DNA from: an uncultured bacterium
Lineage (GTDB): Bacteria; Verrucomicrobiota; Verrucomicrobiia; Limisphaerales; UBA8199
NCBI GenBank assembly: GCA_963749495.1
Contig: CAVVMW010000018.1
Location: forward strand, 96,001-160,000
Length of the DNA stretch: 64,000 bases
Direction of reading: 5' to 3'
Both the position numbers and the translations under genes were made by a program. Positions 46,941 through 56,720 of the stretch are shown here, piece by piece; within the stretch, counting starts at the first letter, position 1, and each line of letters begins with the position of its first letter. Below the pieces are notes generated by a model. The model ran no database searches and was not told where the DNA came from. It saw only the letters and a list, made by a program, of their open reading frames with translations.

Positions 46941-46990
46941 CGCGCAGCCCCAGTACAAGCGGGCGGGCAAAAAAGCAAATTCCTATCAAT
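46941..46990 (+). repeat. ~50-bp direct repeat E, copy 1
   Basis: CGCGCAGCCCCAGTACAAGCGGGCGGGCAAAAAAGCAAATTCCTATCAAT. Confidence 0.95.
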
Positions 46991-47105
46991 GTGCGGTTGT
47001 CCAGGTTCGGGCGAAATGCAACGAATGACCTCACCGTGCCTTGGCTTTCTGTTTTTTTCTTGTCCGCTTCTTCCTCCGGGCGGCTATATAACCTGCGAAA
47101 GAACG

Positions 47106-48743
47106 ATGACAGAGGATCGGCAATTATTGCGCCGGTACGCCGAGGGATCGGAAGAAGCCTTCGGTGAACTCGTGGCGCGGCACGTGAGCTTGGTGTATTC
47201 GACGGCGCTCCGCCGGGTGGGGGGCGATGCGCATCTGGCCCAGGACGTCGCGCAAATGGTGTTCACCGAGTTGGCCCGCCAAGCGGGTTTCCTGCCCGGG
47301 CAGGTGGTCCTTGCGGGCTGGCTCCACCGTGCCACCTGCTATACGGCTGCACAGGTGCTCCGGACCGAACGCCGGCGCCGGGCTCGCGAAGAGAAAGCCG
47401 TGGCTATGAACCTGCCCGACCCCGCCCCACTGGCTGAATGGGAGGACCTCCGTCTCCTTGTGGATGAGGCCCTTGAACAACTCGGGAGCACCGACCGCGA
47501 TGCGCTGTTGCTCCGGTTCTTCCAGCAACGCAGCCTGGCCGAGGTGGGCCAGGCCTTGGGCGCGAGCGAGGAAGCGGCCCGTAAACGCGTGGATCGCGCG
47601 CTCGAAAAGCTCCGCCATTACCTGAGCCGGCGAGGAATCAAGGCCACCGCCGGGGCCCTGGCCGCGGTGCTCTGGGCTAACGCCGTCCAGACAGCCCCGG
47701 CCGGCCTGGGTTCACTCCTGGCGGGAACGGCGGTTTCCTCAGCGGCATCCACTAGTTCACTGGCTCTATTACTGCTTCGATTTATGGCTCTCACAAAATT
47801 GCAGACCGCCGCGGCTTGTCTCGTCGTTGCCGCCGCACCCGTCGCCCTCCAGTGGCATGCGCTTTCATCCGCACGGGCCGAAGGACCCGCCTTGCGAAAC
47901 CAAGTGGTTCAAATCCAGGAAGAATCGGCGGCCCAGCGCCGTCTGCTGGACCAAACCGATCGGCGCCATCGATATGCGGAGAAGGCCTTGGCCGACGCTC
48001 GCTCTGACATCGCGGGGCATTTGGCGCGCATCAGGGCCGTCGGCAGTCCGGACGATCCGGGCCTCTATCTCTGGTCCGAAGGCTCCGAATACGTGCGGTT
48101 GCCCAAGCGACTTGCGAAGTCGCTGACCTTGTCCGGCACTGCCGGCGTTCCCGCAGCCGGATCCACCAATCGAGTGGAGCAGCCGCCGGTTTCCAACGAC
48201 GGGTCGCTCTCTTCCGCCGTGATCGAATCGCTCCAGGTCACCAGTCAGGAGCAGGCACGCGTGCAACAGGCGTTCCAGGATCTGAAGGAGGCTTACACCG
48301 GCTTGGTTCAGGACCATACCTACCTTACCAATACGCCTCCGCCGGAATTGGGCGTCGGAACTCGGGAATCGCGCACCTTGGTGACGCAGGGATTTCCCGA
48401 GGCCGGCGAGCCCCTCAAACAACGACTGCGTGAGGATCTTGAGGCTTCCCTGGGCGCGGAGCGCGCCGAGGTGCTTTGGCAGCAGGCTGAACAGGTCTTC
48501 CGCGAGCAGTTCAATGATTTTGGCACGCGGAACCGCATCGAAACCGTCGCCCTCGGTCCGGACAAAACCGTCTCCTATTGGAAGGTGTCCCGGCTGCCCG
48601 CTGCTGAGGGCGGCCTGGCGGAGACCGGCTCGTGCAGTTGGGAGGATAGGCCGGGACAACAGAGCGCGGTGAACCTCCCTGAGCCGCTTCGGGAGTTTGT
48701 GGCTGAATGGCGGCAGCGCGCGGCCAACGGCGAGCACCCATAA
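47106..48743 (+). CDS. ECF sigma-70 factor with transmembrane segment and long C-terminal extension
   Basis: EEAFGELVARH..LVYSTALR, AQDVAQMVF, LLLRFFQQRSLAEVG, ARKRVDRALEKLR. Confidence 0.9.
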   Translation: MTEDRQLLRRYAEGSEEAFGELVARHVSLVYSTALRRVGGDAHLAQDVAQMVFTELARQAGFLPGQVVLAGWLHRATCYTAAQVLRTERRRRAREEKAVAMNLPDPAPLAEWEDLRLLVDEALEQLGSTDRDALLLRFFQQRSLAEVGQALGASEEAARKRVDRALEKLRHYLSRRGIKATAGALAAVLWANAVQTAPAGLGSLLAGTAVSSAASTSSLALLLLRFMALTKLQTAAACLVVAAAPVALQWHALSSARAEGPALRNQVVQIQEESAAQRRLLDQTDRRHRYAEKALADARSDIAGHLARIRAVGSPDDPGLYLWSEGSEYVRLPKRLAKSLTLSGTAGVPAAGSTNRVEQPPVSNDGSLSSAVIESLQVTSQEQARVQQAFQDLKEAYTGLVQDHTYLTNTPPPELGVGTRESRTLVTQGFPEAGEPLKQRLREDLEASLGAERAEVLWQQAEQVFREQFNDFGTRNRIETVALGPDKTVSYWKVSRLPAAEGGLAETGSCSWEDRPGQQSAVNLPEPLREFVAEWRQRAANGEHP

Positions 48744-48757
48744 CCAGGTCTTCATTT

Positions 48758-49663
48758 ATGAATAACTTGTTCGTTGCACTCCTGCTGTTCGCCGCCACGA
48801 GCGCCTTTTACCTCTCCCAACACGCCGCGCTTTCGAAGGAGCGCCAATCCAATCAAGCCCTGGCGACCCAACTCGACAACGCCCGCGCCGGCTTGGACGC
48901 GTTGACTCAGCAAGTGGCACGGGCCCAGATCCGTTTGACAGAACGCCGGGACGAACTGGCTGCAGCACGGGAGGACCTGGCCCGCGTGGCGAAGGCGGCG
49001 CGGGCGATCGAGCCGCCGCTCTCGAACCCGGCTGCGGAAGGGGCCTGGCCCGCTGCCAAACCGTATTTTTATCTCCTCAAGAAGCGCCTTCGCGAAGTGG
49101 GGTATGCCCCCCTGCGCCCGGATAAGCACCTGAGCAACGTAGCCAGCACTTTGTTCGGTATGAGCCCGGCCGAGGGAGCGGCGGTGGACAACAGCATTCA
49201 CAGGCTCCGCGAAGCGGTCCAGCAACTCCAAGCCGCTCACGCGCAGCTTGAGCCGGCTTCACCCGGCCAAAACTCCTCCGCTCACCAGGAGATTACCTAC
49301 CGGATGCCCCAGTTGGCCAATGAATTCAACGAGTTGGAACTGGAATGTGAGGCCAGCATTGCCGCCGCCCTGGGCGAGAGCCGATCCAGTTCATTCCTCG
49401 AAGCAGCGAGGCCGCTTCTGGAACAGACTTACGGCCAATACGGGAACCAGGCCTATTCGCTGACTTTTTACGCCGATCTGGACGACTCCGGCCAAGTCAA
49501 TCATCACCTCGAGTTTGTCCTGGACAATGGGTCCGGCAAAGCACGTTACGGTTACGGAGTCGATTTCCCGCTGACGCCGGAGTCCCCGCTGTGGGACTAC
49601 CGCCATCTTTTTGGCCAGGAGCCGTTGATTGCGCCCACACGCGCTCCGGGTCGCACCCCGTGA
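48758..49663 (+). CDS. Membrane-anchored protein homologous to the sigma factor's C-terminal extension
   Basis: N-terminal hydrophobic helix, coiled coil, shared W....Y..L.K and LG..R motifs. Confidence 0.7.
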   Translation: MNNLFVALLLFAATSAFYLSQHAALSKERQSNQALATQLDNARAGLDALTQQVARAQIRLTERRDELAAAREDLARVAKAARAIEPPLSNPAAEGAWPAAKPYFYLLKKRLREVGYAPLRPDKHLSNVASTLFGMSPAEGAAVDNSIHRLREAVQQLQAAHAQLEPASPGQNSSAHQEITYRMPQLANEFNELELECEASIAAALGESRSSSFLEAARPLLEQTYGQYGNQAYSLTFYADLDDSGQVNHHLEFVLDNGSGKARYGYGVDFPLTPESPLWDYRHLFGQEPLIAPTRAPGRTP

Positions 49664-49831
49664 ACTGCCACCCAACCGATCCGAGTTGGCTCGGAGGCGA
49701 TGCGAGTCTCCCGATCATGATCAAACTCGCCTAGCGGAACTTTCCGTTGGGTTCGGGGTTTGACATTTTGGCCCACCGAACACCCTTGTGCTGCAGGTGG
49801 AGCGGGTGGTTGCTTTGAGGAGTTCAGCCAT

Positions 49832-49984
49832 ATGAAAACACTCAGGAGGATAAATGAATCGGCGGTCTCGATGGCGGGTTCTGTGAAGCTGAGGGTGGCG
49901 GCGGTTCGATCTGCCGTTTTGGCCTTTGGCTTCGGCCTGGCCCTCGGCTCACAGGGGGCCTCGGACACCCTGACCCCGCGATAA
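49832..49984 (+). pseudogene. Truncated secreted protein (signal peptide only)
   Basis: GAGGAG RBS; MKTLRR...AVLAFGFGLALGSQGASD stops just before repeat E copy 2. Confidence 0.5.
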
Positions 49985-49986
49985 CC

Positions 49987-50035
49987 CGCGCAGCCCCAGT
50001 ACAAGCGGGCGGGCAAAAAGCAAATTCCTATCAAT
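49987..50035 (+). repeat. Direct repeat E, copy 2
   Basis: Identical to copy 1 except one A fewer. Confidence 0.95.
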
Positions 50036-50305
50036 TCATCGGCCAAATCATCCTCATCCGCGCCGCGATCGAACGCGGCCAGAAATAGAACCGCGGAACA
50101 CGCGGAACACGCGGAAAAAGAAATCCCCTTCCGCGTATTCCGCGTATTCCGCGGTCAAAAAAAAGCCCGGCGCAAGCCGGGCCAGTGTCTTTAGCCTTTA
50201 GCCTTCAGCCTTCAGCCTTTCCGCCGCCGCCTCCCCCATCGTCTCGTGCGCGCCGCCGCCAGCCGCACTGAGTGCCGCCAGCGTCTCCGCCGAAAAGTGC
50301 TCAGC

Positions 50306-50351
50306 CGCGCAGCGCCAGTACAAGCGGGCGGGCCCAAAAGCAAATTCCTAT
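50306..50351 (+). repeat. Direct repeat E, copy 3 (interrupted by the intron)
   Basis: ...GCAAATTCCTAT | intron | CAGT. Confidence 0.92.
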
Positions 50352-50907
50352 GTGCAGCCTTCAACCTTGGACATGCTCACAGGTGAAAGTCCTGCCTCGG
50401 CAATGGATGGTTGGGCCGAGTAGTGATCATGGAAAGTATGCCAAAGCAAAGAAGGGAAGGTGAGGCGAACGGCCCGCGAGGGCAAAGACCGCCCAGAGCA
50501 AGCCGAACAGGCCCACCTGTCCGCCGTAGCTTTAGCGAAGGCGGAAGCTGGATGGAGTTCGTCAGACCGGCGCATCAGGCCGTAGTAGCGTTTGCAGGCG
50601 CGGGGATAATAAACCGTGCTGAGCCAAGGGCCTGTGGGCACAGCCGCGAACCGATACGTCTGGACTCTGAGCCAGACACGGAAAGGAACGCAGGCTTCGC
50701 GTCAAACGCAGCCGGGGACGGCTGCGGAAGGGCGCCGAGCGACAAGGCTGGCTTCCAACCGTACCGGGGAAAACTCGCCGTACGGGATGATGAGAGGGGG
50801 TGGGGGAAACGTGGGCAGGACCTGATGGCCATTTGCCACGATGCTCGAAAGGGCAGAGACACAGGAAGCCATTGGTCTAAACCGGTCGCGCCTCCACTCC
50901 ACTCGAC
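50352..50907 (+). mobile_element. ORF-less group II intron (556 nt)
   Basis: 5' GTGCAG; domain V-like CCGTAC-CGGGGAAAACTCG-CC-GTACGG (50759-85); domain VI GAGGGGGTGGGGG/CCTCCACTCC-A-CTC with bulged A 7 nt from the 3' AC; only short hairpins where the ORF would lie. Confidence 0.85.
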
Positions 50908-51258
50908 CAGTGAGTCCCGGGGAAGCCAGGTTAACCGTAAACTTGTCTTACACTCTTCAACGAAAAACGTGTCATCCCATTGCAAATCAACCACTTATGA
51001 ACGTTCCTGACCCTCGTCTCCGCCATCTGCGTCGGAAAACCTTACGTTCAGCGGCGTCCCTCACCTGGGTCCGCCAGAAACGGCCGTATCGAACCCAACT
51101 CACAACATTCTCTGCCGCAGCAACTTACATAGGCAATGTCTTTCCAAATGCCCGCCTTCGTACGCTTGGCATGGCGCCTGCTCATCCTCAACTGATTTCG
51201 ATAATCGTATCTTAGCGAAATGCGAAAGCAAGAACCGAAGATCACAAACGCAAATACG

Positions 51259-51813
51259 ATGAAAAACGCCTTTGAAAAATTATCGGTGCTGGCGGTAGTA
51301 CTGGCGAGCTGCGCACTGTTGTGCCAGCAAGCTCGCGCCGCGCAAATCACAGGCGCCATTGACTTCGGCGGGCTGGCTACCTTGAACAGCGCCAACTTGG
51401 CTGCCGCGACTGAGGTGACCGCGTGGCCAATTACATTGGCAATTCCCAGCGGGGACTTTGCCGCCTATGTCAGCTTTTTGGAGGCTGCAACATTCAAGAA
51501 TTCATGGTCCTTCAACAGTGGTCCGATCTCCGGCTTCTGGAAGGTTGGTGGATTCACGTTCGACCTCACTGCCTCTTCGGTCTATTCGCAGAGCGCGACG
51601 TTTCTGGAGGTTACCGGAACCGGCGCAGTCTCTGGGAACGGCTATGACTCGACGGCTGGGACCTTCACTTTTACTACCACGGGCCCATCCGGCAGCGATT
51701 ACTTCTTCTTCAGCGCCGCAAGTGCCTCAGTTCCTGACGGCGGTCTGACCCTCTCCTTCCTCGGCTTCGCGCTTATGGGGGTGGAAGGCCTGCGCCGCAA
51801 GTTGGGCAAGTAA
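51259..51813 (+). CDS. VPDSG-CTERM (exosortase target) surface protein
   Basis: Signal peptide; C-terminal VPDGGLTLSFLGFALMGVEGLRRKLGK. Confidence 0.88.
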   Translation: MKNAFEKLSVLAVVLASCALLCQQARAAQITGAIDFGGLATLNSANLAAATEVTAWPITLAIPSGDFAAYVSFLEAATFKNSWSFNSGPISGFWKVGGFTFDLTASSVYSQSATFLEVTGTGAVSGNGYDSTAGTFTFTTTGPSGSDYFFFSAASASVPDGGLTLSFLGFALMGVEGLRRKLGK

Positions 51814-52023
51814 GGCGGCGGTTTCGGCGAAAAGCCAATACACGGTTTTCGAGGGAAACTCGGAAAGGGCAGGACGAAAGTCCTGCCCTGGTTGCCAAAA
51901 GCCTTCTATTCTCGCCATTTCGGTGCCGGCATTACGCCGCCCACCAGCGCCAGATTCCGTCATCCCCGTCTCTCTTCCGCTTTCGCGACCGGCGCTCCCA
52001 CGCCATTCGCTTGCGGGCTCACT

Positions 52024-52073
52024 CGCGCAGCCCCAGTACAAGCGGGCGGGCAAAAAAGCAAATTCCTATGAGT
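52024..52073 (+). repeat. Direct repeat E, copy 4
   Basis: 46-bp core identical to copy 1, followed by GAGT. Confidence 0.95.
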
Positions 52074-52098
52074 TCAAGCGCCGCCAGCATTGTCTTCT

Positions 52099-53974
52099 TC
52101 ACTTTTTCAACCGATAGAAGCTTGCGCCGCCGCCGATCGGGAGCGTGACGGTCTCCTGGCTACCCACTACCGTATTGGTGGCGCTCACCGCCGACCAACT
52201 CGGGTTGGTTAGACTGGCGGTGGCCTGCAACGCGTAGCCGGTCGCGGAGGCGGGCCAGGAGATGACGAGGTTGTTGCCCGAACGGGTGACGCTCAGGCGG
52301 GGCGTCGTCGTCGTGGCGGTGGGGGGGTGGGCCAGGTCATTGTAGAAGTAATCGAACCCGCGCCGTGAAAGGGGGCGGGTTGTTGTTTCCGCTGGGGTCG
52401 TGGTTGCCGGCGATCACGCCCACCTGGGTGATGCCGGCGGCAAACGGCTGGACGTAAGAGTATTGCACCGTCCAGGCCGCCCCATCGGGCGAGGTGCTGA
52501 AGGTCCATCGATCGTTGAATCGGCGGACGCGGAGGAAGACGGTGCCGGAATTGCCCGATTTGGGCAAGGGCACATCGGCAATGGTCGTGCTCGACACCTG
52601 GGAGCCGGTGGAGCCAACGAAGGCCTTAACCTTGCCGGACCCGTCGGAGAGCGCGTTGAAGACGAGATAATCGCCGGAATCATCCTCGACAATCAGACCC
52701 TCGAATTGGTCTGCGATGCTGGGCACTGTATCGAACTTGGCCGAGACCTGGAAATTCGTGTCGGGCACCGGCTGGATTACGCTCACGGCCAGGTTCAGGC
52801 TCTGGGCATCATGGTCGAGGCCGCCGACAACCGCGATCTCCAGATGGCCGTCGCTGGCAACCTGGACGGTGTCGTCCGCGAGGGGGTCCACTGCGGTCCA
52901 CAACGAGGTGTTGAGCGGCGGATGCGTGAAATCATCCAAGGCCGGCGGCCCGCCCGGGCCGTAAATCAGGACAGCGACCGGCGGCGTGGATTGGGTCAAG
53001 CCGTCGCTGTCGGTCGCTGTGGCGCTGATGGCGTATAAGCCGGAGGGAGGATTGTTCCAGGTAAACGTGTAAGGGCTGGTGGCGGCCGTGCCAATCAGGC
53101 TCGCACCGGCATAGAACTCGACCTTGCTGACGGAGCCCGTGGGATTGGGGTTGGTGGCCGTGGCGCCGAGAACCACGTTCGTGGGCGCAGTAAAGGCAGC
53201 CTGGTCTGCCGGGGCGGTGAGGGCAACGAGCGGCGGCGCGTCCTGGCCGTCTTCGTTAACGATGGGCGAGGCATCGTTGAAGAAGTAATCGAGGGCCGCG
53301 ACGAACCCGCTGCCGATGTCCGCGGCATAAGGGCCTACCTGGGCGACGGTCCAGGGCTGCTGGATGGGCTGGTAAACCGTTTCCCAAACGGCGCCGTCCG
53401 GGGAGATGGAGAAGGTCCACGTATCCCCCTTGCGCTGGAGCTTCAGGTAAGCGATACCGCTGCTGGTGCCGTCGCCGGGCGTCTGCAGGCTGACGATGTG
53501 AATGGCCCCGCCGCTGTAATAGCTGGTGCTGTTCCCATTTTGGATTTCCAGCATGTAGGCCATGAGGGTCCCGTTGACCGACTGGATGCAGAAACGCAGG
53601 AAGTTGTTCCCGGTGGGGTCATAGACCAGGATGCCTTCCTGCTGGCCTACTGTGGCGGGGATGGACTCCCATCTGGCGCTCACCTCGAAGTCCGAGTTGG
53701 GGGCCTGTTGCAAGAGGCGCGGGGCGAGGTTGGCGACCCCGGAATCGTGGCCGTTTTGGCTTTGGGGAATGGCGAAAAGCAGCACCACGTCGGTGGTGCC
53801 GTATCCGCTAATGACGTCCTGGACGTCGCCCACGGGGTCAACATAGGTCCAGAGCGACGTGTTGAGACTGGGGTGGTCGAAGTCGTCCGAGACGATCTGG
53901 CCTTGGGCGAGGGGCGCGAGCGCCGCGCCCAGGAGGACCAGCGCCAGGGCCTGCGCGATGCGAGAGCTTTTCAT
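52099..53974 (-). CDS. Secreted protein with two ConA/lectin-like domains and an Ig-like domain; frameshift near 52360
   Basis: Duplicated DDF..P.LNTSLWT..DP...WTFS.SPDG..W domain, Big-like VSKVEFY...SPYTFTW; C-terminus ...SFYRLKK*. Confidence 0.75.
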
Positions 53975-54015
53975 GGAAGCGAGTGGGTTTGCGGTTTGGT
54001 TTTGATGGAGCGGGT

Positions 54016-55392
54016 TCACAGGCGCCACGGAGCGCGTATGGCCCGGGCCAGCATCCGGTTCGCCACGGGATCGTCCACGCACTGTTCCGTCTGCGGGTCC
54101 CATTTGATGTCCCGCTTGAGCAGCATGGAAATGTTGATGACGTGGTTGGTCGTCATCGTCCGATGGGCCGCCACTTCGCTGGCGATACAGGGGCGCCGCC
54201 GCCGAACCGAGTCCAGGAAGTCGCGCAGATGGTTCATCGGCCGCTGGGTCCGCGCCTCGTAATCGTGGACAACTTTGTCGAAATCCTCCAGCAATGCCGG
54301 CGAGGACACCTCGGGCTTTTGGTAACCATCTGCAACGGAGACCCAGCCTTCGGAGCCTTCGTAACGAATCCCGCAGGTGCCGCGCCAGCCGCCCGCCGCC
54401 AGCACCAGCTTGACCCCATCCGCATACGTGGCCGTGAATCCTTCCGCGTTCTCATTCTTGGGATACTGGTATTGCACCGCCGAAGTGGTCAATGCCCCCA
54501 AAGCGGATTGGCACTGGCAGATGGTGTGGCTGCCCCAGCCGGCGACTCCGGTGCCGAAATCGTAATAATCCAGCCAGGCCCCGCAACCGTCCAGGTAGCC
54601 TTTGTTGTAGGGCCGCCAGGGAGCCGGCCCAAGCCATAGGTCCCAATCGAGCGTCTCGCGGTCCGGCTCCGGCTGGGCCGGGAGCATCTCGCGGCTCATC
54701 TTCCACGGCAGGATATGGGCGCGGACCGTCTGGAGTTTCCCCAGCCGCCCCAGGCGCGCCATTTCGTCGCAAAAAACGAAATTCGCTTCGCTGAGCCGCT
54801 GCATGCCTGCCTGGAAAATCCGCCCCTGGCGCCGCGCCGTCTCCACCAGGACCTTGCCCTGCGCGACCGACATCGTGCACGGCTTCTCGCAGAACACGTC
54901 CTTGCCCGCTTTCATGGCCAGGAGCGAGGCCGGCGTGTGCCAGCGGTCGCCCGTCGCGATCAGCATCGCGTTGAGTTCCGTTGGCTGCGCCAACAAGTCG
55001 CGCAGGTCGCGATACGCCGCGCAATCCTTGTTCCCGTACTTGCCGTCCACCGCTTGCTTGGCCGCGTCCCGCCGCGCCTTCTGCACGTCGCACACCGCCA
55101 CGAATTGCACCTCGGGAAACTCCAGCAGGCCCGACAGATCGTAACTGCCCCGTCCGCCGATTCCAATGCCCCCCATGACTATCCGTTCGCTCGGCGCCAC
55201 CGCCCCCTCCCGGCCCAACGCCGAAGCCGGCACGACCTGCGGCATCGCCAGCGCCCCGCACGCCAGCGCTGCCCTTCTGAGGAATTCGCGCCGCCGCACA
55301 CCTGCCCTGCCGGGGGGCCCGCCGCTCCCGGGCCGCGCGCTGGTGCCGCAACTTCTTGCCGGGGAGGATGGGGCAACTCGATTTGCGTTCAT
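54016..55392 (-). CDS. Tat-exported Gfo/Idh/MocA oxidoreductase
   Basis: RRREFL Tat motif, GGIGIGGRG, DRWH, CEKP, LDWDLWLGPAP. Confidence 0.9.
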   Translation of the reverse strand: MNANRVAPSSPARSCGTSARPGSGGPPGRAGVRRREFLRRAALACGALAMPQVVPASALGREGAVAPSERIVMGGIGIGGRGSYDLSGLLEFPEVQFVAVCDVQKARRDAAKQAVDGKYGNKDCAAYRDLRDLLAQPTELNAMLIATGDRWHTPASLLAMKAGKDVFCEKPCTMSVAQGKVLVETARRQGRIFQAGMQRLSEANFVFCDEMARLGRLGKLQTVRAHILPWKMSREMLPAQPEPDRETLDWDLWLGPAPWRPYNKGYLDGCGAWLDYYDFGTGVAGWGSHTICQCQSALGALTTSAVQYQYPKNENAEGFTATYADGVKLVLAAGGWRGTCGIRYEGSEGWVSVADGYQKPEVSSPALLEDFDKVVHDYEARTQRPMNHLRDFLDSVRRRRPCIASEVAAHRTMTTNHVINISMLLKRDIKWDPQTEQCVDDPVANRMLARAIRAPWRL

Positions 55393-55450
55393 AGTGTACT
55401 TCTACCGCTTTCCGTGCGGTTCACAACCAAAATCAGGCGGCAGGGCGCCC

Positions 55451-56365
55451 TTACGGCTTTGTGACGGCCGTGGTGTCCGTGGGCTTGAGCGGTTTGGGCG
55501 GCTCGGGCGAAAGGGCCGGCTCGGGGGGCGGCGGGGGCGGCACGTCGGTGGAGACGACGCGCCTGAGGCCGCCCTGGACGGAGATCTTGCCCTCGGCGTC
55601 CACTTTCAGGCGGGGGCGCGAGGTGACGTAATCGTAAGTCTGGCGGGCCAGGAGTTCGCCGTCGGGGTTGTAGGTGAAGTAGCCGAAGGAGTGCGCCCCG
55701 TCCTGGTAGAGGATGTGGAGGTTGCTGAACTGGTCGATGACGTGCTCGGGCCGGCTGACGGAGACCAGGCGGCCCACGGGGATGACGCGCTGGGGCCTGG
55801 CGCCGGCAACATCGGCGATTCTCAAGTAGAGGCGGAGTTGTCCCTTGATGTAATTGGCCTGCTGGAGGATGTAGCGGCGGATTTCCGGGCTGCCCTCGGG
55901 CGCGCCCGGCGGCTTGGGCAGTCCGAACTCCTGCTCCCAAAACGCAATGCCCTGCATGATTTCCATGACCTTCGGCTCGCCGATCACCTCACGGTCCCAT
56001 TGCTTGATCTGGATGGCGGCGGTGATTTTGTAACGGCCCGCTTTGGTTATTGAAAAGCTTGGCCCGATGTCCATCAGCTTGCTCGCCACTTTCGAGGACG
56101 GCAGCTCGAACGGCTCGACCACCGGGAGGTCCGCCACCCGGGGCACCACGAATCCCTCGCGGGACTCGAGCGAGATTTTCAGCCAATCCGCATCTCCGCC
56201 CAGGCGCAGGGTCTGACCCGAGCGGTTGATGATCCGCACCGTGATCGGAATGGCCTCCCCCGGCAGGAACTGGTCCTGCGGTTGCGTGACCTCGACGCTC
56301 ACCTGCGCCGACACTGAAGATGCCGCCGCCGCCAACAGACTTGACCAAAGTCCTAATCTTCTCAT
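55451..56365 (-). CDS. Conserved hypothetical secreted protein
   Basis: Signal peptide, GC3 bias, promoter-like TTGCCG-16-TAAAGT 6 nt upstream. Confidence 0.75.
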   Translation of the reverse strand: MRRLGLWSSLLAAAASSVSAQVSVEVTQPQDQFLPGEAIPITVRIINRSGQTLRLGGDADWLKISLESREGFVVPRVADLPVVEPFELPSSKVASKLMDIGPSFSITKAGRYKITAAIQIKQWDREVIGEPKVMEIMQGIAFWEQEFGLPKPPGAPEGSPEIRRYILQQANYIKGQLRLYLRIADVAGARPQRVIPVGRLVSVSRPEHVIDQFSNLHILYQDGAHSFGYFTYNPDGELLARQTYDYVTSRPRLKVDAEGKISVQGGLRRVVSTDVPPPPPPEPALSPEPPKPLKPTDTTAVTKP

Positions 56366-56458
56366 TGAACCACTTTATGAAGCCGGCGCCGCACGGCAAC
56401 AAAAATCGAGGTCAGGGAGGAAGGCCGCAGTGAAGGCGGAAGCGGCACCGCGGGCAGA

Positions 56459-56603
56459 CCCCTCACCCCGGCCCTCTCCCCTTCCGAAGGGGAGAGGGTG
56501 AAGCGTCGGCAGTCCCGGGAACTTCCTGGGATCTCCGCTTCCTCAACGCTGCGAAGATTTCTCCCTCTCCCCATCCGATGGGGAGAGGGTTGGGGTGAGG
56601 GGT
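56459..56603. repeat. Family D palindromic repeat
   Basis: Matches 16708-16834. Confidence 0.8.
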
Positions 56604-56720
56604 CCGCCCGGGACTCGGCCTCCGCCTCCACCGCTTGCCCCAGGGCAGATGCATTCAATTCGCTGGGGGGCACAAGGACGGGTTGGCAGAAAAATGGTTC
56701 TTCTCCATTTTTCTGCCAGC

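Noticed and set aside
46991..47010. GTGCGG after repeat E copy 1 as a second intron start
   Set aside because: Offset by 4 nt from the true insertion point, with no domain V/VI downstream.
46941..52073. Repeat E as a CRISPR array
   Set aside because: Intervals are 0.3-3 kb and contain genes; no cas genes in the window.
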